Shown one piece after another: positions 50,404 to 61,244 of a stretch of 64,000 nucleotides of DNA. Every line of letters begins with the position of its first letter. Position 1 is the first letter of the stretch. The notes beneath the pieces are model-generated. The model ran no database searches. It saw only the letters and a program-made list of their open reading frames with translations, and had not been told where the DNA came from. The stretch comes from Lama guanicoe (taxonomy: Eukaryota): assembly GCA_013239625.1 (NCBI GenBank), contig MU054120.1, positions 310,001 through 374,000 of the forward strand, in the 5' to 3' direction. The translations under genes and the position numbers were made by a program.

Positions 50404-51059
50404 AGCCTTCCACTTTCAGAGCGCATGTTCTTCCCTTGTTAAAACACAAAAACAAAAACAAAAACCTTAAAAGGAAGACAAGAGAAAATTATTCCTTGAA
50501 ATATTTCAGGTTTTCCGAGAATTACTTAGGCAAAAAATGAGACTTCCTTCTGAAAAAGGCTGATGATACTACTTTGATCATCTGTAATTACACCCACTAA
50601 CACATTCTGCTTCTACCTGTGTGCTCCTCCCCTACAATACAGCATCTCATATGCGAAAGGCTGTCAATACGTATGTGATTAATTGCAATAGGAAAATTTT
50701 CAGGTGTAAAGTGTTACATAATAGAGCTCAGTCAATGTAATTTTTTTAAAAAATCTGTCTCTTTAGATAACAATTCTACCACTCAAGGATATTTGTACAT
50801 AAAGGGAATTCTATTTTAAAAAAGTTTTTCCCAAACTGATGAGCTGTTTTGTTTCTACTTCAGCAGCCTACATTAGGCTCATTTGCTATGCCTTCCTTTC
50901 TTCCAGTCTGCTTCTTCATGAGGATGAAGGAAGACACGTAGGCAGACATGCTTGGTAGAACACACCTGGGTACCACACGATCCTCACCCCAGGCCACAGC
51001 CAATTAGACCAGGGGTGACGTCAGGTGAGAGGAAAGAAAACTTGGTGAGTGACCACTGT

Positions 51060-51290
51060 ACCCAAGGCATTACCCTTGCTTTTTACTCTCCACATGTAGT
51101 TACTCATTTAATCCTCATCACGACTATGAGGCCGGGGCTGTTACTATCCTCCTCATCTACAGATAAGGAAACTGAGTCACAGAGTCATTAAGAAAGTTTC
51201 CCAAGATTACAATGCTGGCAAGATTTGGAGCTGTCTGACTGCGGCCAGCCTAAATGCAGAACTTGGGCTCTAACTATCACGGCACAGTGT
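51060..51290 (-). mobile_element. MIR
   Basis: 'ctcatttaatcctcatcacgactatgagg...acagataaggaaactgag...cccaagattaca'. Confidence 0.75.
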
Positions 51291-53089
51291 GCTTAGAGAG
51301 CACCCCACCATACTACCGCCTACAGGTGAGGTGAAGACAATTCTATCTTCCATCTCAAGACTTTGAAGTAATACATGGAGAGACTGAGTCAGCTGGACTG
51401 TTATGGAGACTAGAAGTGTGAGGTCATTCAGCAATGCAACAAAATGGAAAATCAGCCGGCCCTGGGGAAGGTCAGCCCTGCGTTAACCTTTCCAGCAAGA
51501 TCTGACTACACTTCCTGAAATCAGGCTCCAAGAAAATCTTCTGTATTTTATTACTTACTTATTACTTGAGTTTGTTTGTGCAAGTCTCTCTGCTTGGTCG
51601 TATAAAAATTCATCCACTTAAAGCAACTAGAAATCGTGCACAAAATAGGAAAACTAGAAAGAAAGCAAGAAATACCTAGAGAATGAAACTAACCCAAAGG
51701 GGAAAGCAGTTGGTTAAGAGGAGTATGTTACTCAGGTTTCCTCCTGGGACCTCAGACTTGGAGTTGGGATTTCACAGCCCAGAATGCGTTTGCAGTGGAT
51801 CACAAGGCCCAAGGTCAGCCTGAGATGGAGAGCCTAAAAGGTGATGTGCCCTTCTGTGACCCACTGAGACTGTGTCATCACTGTACCAGAAATAAGTCTG
51901 CAAGTTTGCACAGCTACACACACACACGTACTATACACAGCTGGTGACCACAAAGAAACCAGTCTGCCTCTAAATTTGGCACTAGTGATAGGAAACAAAA
52001 AATACCACTGGAGGGTTCATGACCAACAGTAATCCCTCACGTGGCTGTGCCCTCCAATTTTATACTATCAAGGTGGTTCGAACATCTAAAAACAGTTTAT
52101 AGTGTTGGGTAATGCCCCAGGCCCTGGCAAAAGGAAATATAAATTCTCTCAACTAGAAATCCAGCTTAGTCCAAGCTTCAAATAATTCTCACATGATAAA
52201 GATCCAAGTAAAACTCATCTGTAAGACATTGTTAAACAAGGACCAGGAGAAACTACAGATAGTAGAATCTGGTCCATAATGACATTAGATAGCAAAATTA
52301 TCACCCAGAAAATATAAATTAAATATGCTTTACACAGGAAAGGATTGAAATACAAGTAAAGAGTAAGAGACCATGAAGAATTGTGCAAGCACTAAACATT
52401 AAAAAAACTTTGCCCGTGTATAACTTACTAAAACCAAGCCAAACAAAAGGAAAACAAATGAATAATAAATATAAAACTTCTAATAGTGATTATCCCTGGG
52501 AAGGGGAGGTGAGGATGATGGATAAGGAGCAATGTATGAGGCCAGGGAGATGCACACAGGTAAGTTCAGATTTTAGTTAATGTTCTAATTCTTGTATTGG
52601 GTGGTGGGTTCATTAGTTTTCATTGTGTTAACAGATAATTAAACACAGCTATGAATGACGAGAGCATGCCACAACCTAAAGATCACGAATAGTTTTTAAT
52701 TCAATTCGGAATACTTGAGGGCTGAAACACAAATAATAAGCAAGTAAATATTTTAAAACCAATTACTATAATTCATCACACTTAAAATTCTACCAAACTA
52801 AAAACTGAAGAAAAATTCCTTAAGCTGATATTAATAAAAACAACAAAAAGCTAAATAAACAAAAATATGTAACATACTTAATGTTATCAGTTTAAGAGAT
52901 TAAAATACGTAATTTTAAAAAGACAACATACAGAATATCCTCAATCTATAGTTTTCCTTAAAAAACATAACAAAATATACCATATCTTTTATAGGTTAAA
53001 AACAGTTTTAAAAAATGCAAGACATGAAAGAAGACCTGAAATGAATAGAGATAAATCATGCTTATGAATTAAAAGTTTTAATATCATAA

Positions 53090-53687
53090 TATCTGCACCC
53101 CAATGTTCTTAGCAGCACTATATACAATTAGCCAAGACATGGAAACACCTAAATGTCCATTAACAGATGGCTGGATAAGGAGTTGTGGTATAGTTATACA
53201 ATGGAATACTATTCAGCCATGAAAGAGAGTAAAACAAGCCATTTCCCAGCAACATGGATGGACCTAGAGATTGTCATTTAAGTGAAGCATGCCAGAATGA
53301 GAAAAAAAATACTGTATGATATCACTTATATACAAAATCTAAAAAAAGAAAAAAGAGAACACTAATGAACTCATCCACAAAACAGACATAGACTTGCAGA
53401 CATAGTAAACAATCTTATGGTTATCGAGGAAAAGGGGGTGAGAAGGGATAAATTTGGGAGTTTGAGATTTGCAAATGTTAGCCACTTTATATAAAAATTG
53501 ATTGAAAAGACAAATTTCTTCTGCATAGCACAGGGAACTATATTCAATATCTTGTAATAATAACCTTTAATGAAAAAGAATATGAAAATGAATATATGTA
53601 TATGTATGCATGACTGGGACATTGTGCTGTACACCAGAAATTGACACGTTGTAACTGACTATACTTTAATTAAAAAAAGAAAACAAA
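53090..53687 (+). mobile_element. Younger 5'-truncated L1 (ORF2 end, 3'UTR, A-tail)
   Basis: 'tgcaccccaatgtt...gccaagacatggaa...caatggaatactattcagccat...catggatggacctagagatt...gtaactgactatac' followed by an A-tail. Confidence 0.92.
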
Positions 53688-53739
53688 ATGCCAAGTTAAT
53701 GTACTGATTCAAATGCAATGAAAAAAAATCCCATTTTTT

Positions 53740-53790
53740 CACTGGAAATTGACACAACATTGTAAACTGACTATAATTCAATAAAATAAA
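53740..53790 (+). mobile_element. Very short L1 3' terminus
   Basis: 'gaaattgacacaacattgtaaactgactataattcaataaaa', the same terminus type as 53637-53672. Confidence 0.75.
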
Positions 53791-54016
53791 TTTTTTTTAA
53801 AAAATATTTTTTTTTACTTGGAGACCTGAGTCTAACATTTATTGAGCGATCAGAGGCCAAGAATGGCAAAGTCATTACTAAAACAGAACCAAAGGAGTGG
53901 GATGTGCATGACTAAATACCAAGGCTTACTATAAAGCTGTGGTGACTGACAGTGAGAGGCACGAGTACCAGGAATAGAGGACTTCTCCAAGGAAACAATA
54001 GAAAGCCAGGAAATAA

Positions 54017-54039
54017 ACACACACACACACACACACACA
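54017..54039. repeat. (AC)11 microsatellite
   Basis: Read directly from the sequence. Confidence 0.95.
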
Positions 54040-54209
54040 TAGATAATTCATTTTGATTTCAAAACTGGTTTATCAGTCAGTAGGAAAAAGCTGCTGCTCT
54101 AGGCCAACTGGTCGTCCACATGGGACAGTATGACACTAGATGTTCCCCTCACGCCCTGCAGAAAAATGAACATCAGGTGAGTCACTCTTCATGACGAAAC
54201 ACAGCCACA

Positions 54210-54423
54210 GCCGAGCTGTCCAATACACTAGTCAATAGCCACATGAGGCTATCTAAATCTGAAAATAGGTTAATTAAAATTACATTTAAAAATTTAGCCT
54301 TCTCAGTCACACTATGTACATTTCAAGTGCTCAACGGCAGCACGTGGTTAGTGGCTACCATACTGGACGGTGCCACATATAAAATATTTGCACCAGGGCA
54401 CAGGAGTCTGTTGGGTAGTGCTG
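54210..54423. mobile_element. MER3-like hAT-Charlie
   Basis: 'gctgtccaata...tagccacatgaggctat...catttcaagtgctcaacggcagcacgtggttagtggctaccatactggac...gttgggtagtgctg'. Confidence 0.8.
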
Positions 54424-54594
54424 AAGGACAGTCAGGATGGTATCTTTATGACCTGAGGGTTGGCAAGAGCTATATTAAACAAGGAATAACAAATTAAACA
54501 AACACAAAAGATGATGTTAACTCATAAATTCAGCTATTAAAATTCAAAACCATTTATCAAAAGACACTACATAGGAAATGAAGAAGAAAGCCTT

Positions 54595-54702
54595 TTTTAA
54601 AAATTTTTTATTATTACTTTTCTAGTGGAGATACTGGGGATTGAACCCAGGACCTTGTGCATGCTAGGCACATGCTCTACCACTGAACTATACCCATCCC
54701 CC
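54595..54702 (-). mobile_element. Vic-1-like tRNA-derived SINE
   Basis: 'ggggattgaacccaggaccttgtgcatgctaggcacatgctctaccactgaactataccc'. Perfect 15-bp TSD gaagaagaaagcctt at 54580-54594 and 54703-54717. Confidence 0.93.
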
Positions 54703-54920
54703 GAAGAAGAAAGCCTTAATTTGAAAAAAGGCATTTGTAATATACATATACAGAATATATGGGATATATAAAGAGCCTCTTTAAGCAATAGAAAGATAAT
54801 CCTGTAAAACAATGGACAAAAGACTTATCAGGTACTTCATTCTTTTTGATGACCAAAAAGATAATTATAGTGTGATTTATCTTATCAATTTATAGTAGAT
54901 TAGAATGAAATGTTTGACAG

Positions 54921-54968
54921 ATTTCTGTGTTCTATTTTAAATCACCAATTTCTATGTTCTATTTTAAA
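54921..54968. repeat. Tandem duplication, period 27
   Basis: atttctgtgttctattttaaa and atttctatgttctattttaaa separated by 'tcacca'. Confidence 0.8.
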
Positions 54969-54983
54969 AGAGGAACAACAACC

Positions 54984-55215
54984 AGGGGGGTAGAGGGTGG
55001 GAAGGGATAGACTGGGATTTCAAAATTGTAGAATAGATAAACAAGATTACACTGTATAGCACAGGGAAATATACACAAAATGTTATGATAAATCACAGAG
55101 AAAAAAATGTGACAATAAGTGTGTATATGTCCATGAATGACTGAAAAATTGTGCTGAACATTGGAATTTGACACAACATAGTAAAATGATTATAAATCAA
55201 TAAAAAATGTTAAAA

Positions 55216-55250
<35 letters not shown>

Positions 55251-55263
55251 ACCTAAAAAAAAA
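54984..55263 (+). mobile_element. Young 5'-truncated L1 3'UTR with (TAAA)9/poly-A tail
   Basis: Homologous in inverted orientation to ~9170-9390. Perfect 18-bp TSD aaaagaggaacaacaacc at 54966-54983 and 55264-55281. Confidence 0.93.
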
Positions 55264-57809
55264 AAAAGAGGAACAACAACCTATTTTTTAGCCTGGAAGG
55301 AAGATTATACTAGTTTGGACAGCATCCCAGCAACATATAAGTAGGCTGATAGTAATGTTTGAACATGTAATTAAATAGATGTGTCTAATGTTAGCTTATC
55401 CTTAATTAAAAGACAGTTCTCTAGCTCATTTAATAATTTATCTTTACCTTATTTGAGCACACATACTTGGGAGGCACATACTACATTTACACCACCTTCT
55501 CACTCTACATGTAGACTGTGGTGGTGACTAAGGCATTAATTTTACATTCACTTCAATCAGAAGAATCAGAGAACACAAAGATGTGTGTGATTGGAGGGTG
55601 TAATGGAAAAAGTAGATATAGTTACACACATACGAGGAAATACTGAAAACACAACTGAAATGCAGGTTCCTCAAAGCAAAGAAATTTTCATCCCTGAATT
55701 GACATGAACAGGGACATCTTTGTGTACCATCTTCCTCCTAATCCTCCCCAAATGAACAGGATTTTTAAAAAACTACACTTTCCTAGGTTCTGTATAAAAG
55801 AAGTTTTCATATTTTATTAAGACAAATTTTTAAAACTGATGTTTATGTACCTTAAATATTGAAACAAAACTACTCTCATACCACATACCCAAGTGGTCTA
55901 ATGTGCACCAAGTCTTAGTTTTAACCAAATTGTAAGAGAATCATTAAAGAATTTTTGACCTTTTATTCTGGCATGTTGTAAAACAACAACAATACTAAAC
56001 AACTTCAAAACAATTAAAACTACCTATCAATTAGTGTCACAAAGTACCAAAGAGTAATATGTGCTAGTTTGATCACAGACAGGGCAGTGTGAGTATGCGC
56101 TAATCATTCTAGAAGTTGACTCAGTGTGTCAGAAAGAAATAGACAGCAGGGGACACTGTGGATCCCAAGAAGCCCTGATGTGATTTCACCTCTCAAGGTC
56201 CTTGTAATCTAAGAATGAGAGGAAAGCAACTAGTAGCTTGGCAATTCTGGTACCAGGTGATTAGCGTTAGACAGTTGCACAAAGAATGAGACATTCAAGT
56301 CAGATTAAATATTAGAGAACATATGACTATCAATAGTAATAATTAGGAAGAATTTAGACCATGAATGAGGGTTATGGTCCAATCAACAGACAGTGCGTGG
56401 TGGCTGATGGCCCGAAGGCTAGGTAGACTAGAAGTCACCACAGACACGATCCACTCTAGGGCAGCAGGACTTCAAGGATCCCTCTTCCCAGAGGAGAGTG
56501 TAAAGAACATGGCAGTGACCCTCACAGAGGACTGGGGAGCCAGATTTCTACAATCAATAGCCAGTAGCCCTAGTAACAGAAGAACATGGAATTGGGAAAC
56601 TCAAGTTCCTGAATGCAGGCATGTAACTCCCATTACAAGAGAAAAAAAAAGAGAGAGAGAAGTCTACTCGACTTGAGAGAACACTGGGTCAACCATGTGG
56701 ACCAGGTCTTGAACCCTGTTGTTGGGAAACGCTCCTAAAGCTAATCCCCCCAACTGTCCGTAATGGGGCTCCCCATTCCGGCTTGGCCTCACCACCTCCT
56801 AGGACCCTGGGCAGCGGCTGTTTAATTACATGTTCTGCCTCTATTCAGATTAGCCTGAAACACCAGATTATGTTTGGGTTGGGCTCGTAAATACAATCAG
56901 CGGGCCAACTGCAGAGTTGAGGAAAGCAGACAAAGGGCCATAAACTCAGAAATAGGTGCAAAGGGAATTTTTCTTTAAAAGTAGTATTATGAATAAAAAA
57001 ACTCTACATATTTCTCCCAGTTTAGAGGGGGTAACTTTCTGTGCATAATTTTATGTTCTGATGAACAATGTGGCTCCCTTTTGAGATGTATTCTTTTTGT
57101 ACATTGGATTTCTCTTCACAAATGTTTGCCTCCTACTTGTTCCTCCGCCACACATGCTCTGACTCATTTTCTCTGGCTGATTTCCTGTTTTCTGTCCCTC
57201 CCGAAGGAGACACACGTTCCTAATTCTGTATTGTTTCCACAGTGATGAAAGTGCAGATAATGTTCTTGCAAAACCAAGAGCAGGAAGTGATCAGAAGGGC
57301 CTTAGTTAACAACTTTCCTGGCTAATGAAAATGCTAAGAGAAATGTAACAACTTCTTGAGCACCACACGGCAAGAAGTGTTCTAAACCCATAGGAAAGCC
57401 CACTTGATTGATGTCTGTATCCTTAATATTGTTTCTAATGCAGAGCACATTGTGCTGTCTTCATATGTAACTTTTCATAAACATACCTCATCATAAATTC
57501 AATAATGACTTGCACCATTTCAGAGGAAAAGGCTCCGGAAGTAAATAATCTCTAAGTTGTTCTGCTTTGCATCTAGAACCCCAGTAATGAATCTACAACA
57601 CTGAGAGTTCTTCACTAAGCAAAACTTAGAGTAACATGGCTAATCAAACCTGTGTCACAGGCAGAGATCTATGGTTGCAAGGAGTCAAAATCCACTCAAC
57701 ATAGCTTAAGGAAAAGAAGACAGAGGGGGAAAAAAAAGTTTCAACACAGAACTCAACTGTAGAGTTGTTAAGTAGCTGTTTTCTCTGTCTGAACAGGTCA
57801 GATGCTAAG

Positions 57810-58075
57810 AGTATGATCTAAGTGATAAAATGTGGAATCTGAGGTTAGAGTGTCTAATCTCAAACATTATCTCTATTATTTACTAACTTTGTGAATTTTG
57901 GTGAGTCATTTAATGCCTCAGTGACTTGGTTATTTTTTTTTTCTTTTTTCTTTTTTTTCTTTTTTTTTTTTGGTAAAAAAATAGTAACAGTACTTACAGG
58001 ATTGAACAAGGTAAACACATGTAAAGTTCTTAGGAGCGTGCCTGAGACAGTAGGCACTCAATGAATGCAAGTCAT
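57810..58075 (+). mobile_element. MIR with internal T-rich expansion
   Basis: 'gtgaattttggtgagtcatttaatgcctcag', a T-tract, then 'gtaaaaaaatagtaacagtac...gtgcctgagacagtaggcactcaatgaatg'. Confidence 0.7.
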
Positions 58076-59686
58076 TGTGATACCATGATTATAACTGCTT
58101 GTTTTGGGCACAGGCTCCCTCCCTTTGCACATGCCCGGGCAGAGCTGCCAGATCAGAGTTGATGCTTTCTTACAAATTCAGTGCCCATCACTTCTGATTT
58201 CCGCAGTCGCATCACGTGATGTACTCATGCTTACCTTCCCAAGGGCGGTGGATAAGAAGGATCTGCCTTTCTGATAGGACTGTTTCTAATTCATAAATTA
58301 ATAAAATTTGCAGGTACTTTCCCTCTAAGGCTAACATTAAAATAAATGTACTAACAAAGGAAGCTGGCCAGGGAAAACATGAGCTGCTTGGAAGATGGTA
58401 AGTTCACTGGACGCCTGCAAAGTTATCAATTGAAGCTAGATAATCACTTTTCATGGACTCAGTACGATTAATACACTGGGTGAAATAATGAGCTAAGTAA
58501 CCTCTAAGTTTCTATGAGTTCATGAGTCAATTTATACAGATTGTGTAGAATATCTTCAATATAAATCTGCAATTTAAATTTGCCTTTGTTTGAATTCCAC
58601 AAGTCTGAAGAGGAAATGGGGAATGCCTGTAAAATCGGATTGCATAAAGGTTAAATATCCATTTCAATGGAAAGTATCTGATAAAATATTCATGTTAAAG
58701 TAAGAAGTCACTCAAAAGGTTTAAAGGCTCACTTTAGATACATCGAACAGTTTTTAAGGTAGTTGAGAAATTTTAAAATTTTACATAATACAATTCCCAT
58801 GAAAACTTTCTTTAAAATCAAGTGTTGTAAATGGGAATACATAGGACCAGATAAAAATATATAAATCACAAAATTGTATCAGCATAAAATTCTACACAGA
58901 AGGCACAGCGAACTTCCAAGTAAAACATCATTTCTATTATCAAAGATATTATTTATTGTATCAAAATTTCACGGTAGCTATGGGATTCCCACAAAACCAA
59001 GAAGAAAGTGAGCTGCGAGTAGGAAGATGTGGATGATGGTGTTTAGTGATCAAAAGTCATAACCACTTCTCTTTGGAAGTTCTTGACCTTAATATCTATG
59101 TTATTAAGAAGGGAAGATTACACACAATAAGTGTGATTACTGAACAATTAATACTGTTAACTGCCACGCATTTTGGACTTGGAGGGGAACATTCTACTTT
59201 AAAAGAATTAGCTTTGCACAATCTTCATTTTCATTACCCTGAAGGGTGCAGGAAATGTGGAAGGAAAGTCCAGTGTGCTCTTTCAGTAGACTGGCAAGTG
59301 TTAGTCAAAATTCAGGAAACTTGTTCTTGTGCTTGAATGCAGGTGACTTTTACTCATCTTTTAGCCCCATTACTGAGTACAGCAATACTTTCCATTTCAT
59401 TGGTCTTAGTCATGCTAGAAAGTATGGAGGGAGATTATGTGCAAACACAATTAGCAAAAAAGAAAAAAAAACCCTTAAGCATCTGTATTTTAAAATCTAT
59501 AATAAGATAGCAGTTTATGTTGGTTAGCCATGTGGTTTAATAAATGTTTGCGGCCACAAGGTATAAAGCAATGCTATAGCTGCAAAAGGAAAGATACATG
59601 GGTTACAGATATCAGTGAATGGTTCCAACATTTTTTCCCTAATATTTCTGCAATACACAATAAGTATCTTTGCCTCCTATGAGGCA

Positions 59687-59718
<32 letters not shown>
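59687..59718. repeat. (AC)13GC(AC)2 microsatellite
   Basis: Read directly from the sequence. Confidence 0.95.
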
Positions 59719-59719
<1 letters not shown>

Positions 59720-61146
59720 AAGCCCTCAAAATTATGCAAAATTTACTCAGTTAACAATAGTAAACTAAAGCTACATTTCAGTAATTAAGAGCTTTTACCA
59801 GCAAGAGTTCAACATTTTAGAATGCCTCTAAGTATGATGTGGTAATCCCTAGAAATAAGGGGAACCAGATGCCAGTAAAATAATGTTTTTCTAATGAATA
59901 AAACCTCAAGGTTTGGGAATGCAGAGTGATTCTATGAATAATAAACAAAATAATGATAGTGAACTCTCATGGAAACTGTTCGCTTAGTCCCTAATAATGA
60001 AGTTATATTTAAACTACTTTGAGCAAATTCGGCCATACCCCAGGTCTTAACAACTAATTCCCCACCTCAAAAATGCCATATATCATTCTGCTTTTATTAT
60101 TGTTTACTATATCAATATTAAAATCTCAGTAACCCATATGATCTTGATGTTATTCTGAAAACTGGGACAGCAGCTGCCTAGATGGGTACACATTGTAAAA
60201 TACCTCAGAACACGTCATGCATTTGAACTATGACAATGAAATCCAAATTTAGTCACTCCTCAGGCACACGTGGGACTTTATAGATAATACTTTCAAAATC
60301 CTATTTTCTTTAAACACAAAGGTCTTTCTTCAAGGTGTTATTTCCTAAATGGTGTTCCATTAAATTCCAGTTCTGTGAAATTTCTTTCAAAAATGGCATC
60401 TGTTGTAAGTTTGGAGAATTCTGAACTTAGCCACTGCCTGAATGGACTATAGTGTGAAGGCTCGTGTCTGCCCAAAGCCACACAGCGTTGTGTGAGAGCG
60501 TTAATAACAACAGAGGGGAAGGATGCATGTATGGACTGAGAAGAAGGCATTCTGCCTTTATCAATCTTATAAATGTGTGTTAATTAATTTAGCTAATATA
60601 TTCATGTGACTAAAGACCTGCAGAACAGAGCAATATATGCAGATTAACATTTTGATTTCCTTCTTTATGGAGAAATGGACCTAACAATAATGCTATAAAA
60701 TAGAAATGATTTCATTCATACTACATATTAGCTCAAACTATTACACGCAAGGAAAAAAAAATCTAGACTAATTATTTAATAGTTAACCAGCCACTGCTCC
60801 AAAGAATACATTTATGCCACAATAGATGACAATTAAAATCTACAAAATCTCACTGATTTCAGGTAAATTCTCAAGCAGAAGATGACTTTTAACTGGGTAA
60901 TGATGCTAGAAAATATGCTATTAAGTATAACAGTGAAAATGAGTTTCAGTTACCTTTTAAATAATGAAAGTTACAGGAAATGTGGAAATATATTACGTGT
61001 AGCTTAGCTCTCCTCATATAATGGGCTTATTCTGGAAATTCCTTTAATTTCCCTGGACTATACTTTCTTCCAGAATAAAAGTGATCCAGCTTCCCTTCCT
61101 TATTCTACTGAACAATATTTTTCACTCTTATTAAGAGCTGACTTGA

Positions 61147-61244
61147 ACTTCAATAAAAAATATATATACATCAAAAAAAAACCCAAAAAACACATTATGA
61201 ACTGACTATACTTCAATTAAAAAAATATGTATATAAAAAGAAAT
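61147..61244 (+). mobile_element. Ultra-short L1 3'-end insertion
   Basis: 'acacattatgaactgactatacttcaattaaaaaaa' is an L1 terminus. Flanks agctgacttga (61136-61146) and agttgacttga (61245-61255). Confidence 0.65.

Larger units (their letters stand above)
51580..54850 (+). mobile_element. Composite of old L1M fragments (5'/ORF1-like, L1MC-type 3' end, ORF2 pieces) hosting younger insertions
   Basis: A-rich decayed ORF2 motifs ('gaagaaaaattccttaagctgata', 'aaagaagacctgaaatgaatagaga', 'cttactataaagct', 'aatggacaaaagactt'). Boundaries are uncertain. Confidence 0.55.

Noticed and set aside
54624..54702. tRNA-Ala(AGC) gene (also at 4764 and 20650)
   Set aside because: A-rich tail, TSDs and mismatched stems show these are SINE copies, not tRNA genes.
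58236..58290. Possible 51-nt minus-strand exon with donor AAG|GTAAGC, open in all frames
   Set aside because: Weak A-rich acceptor and no recognisable peptide; indistinguishable from a pseudo-exon.
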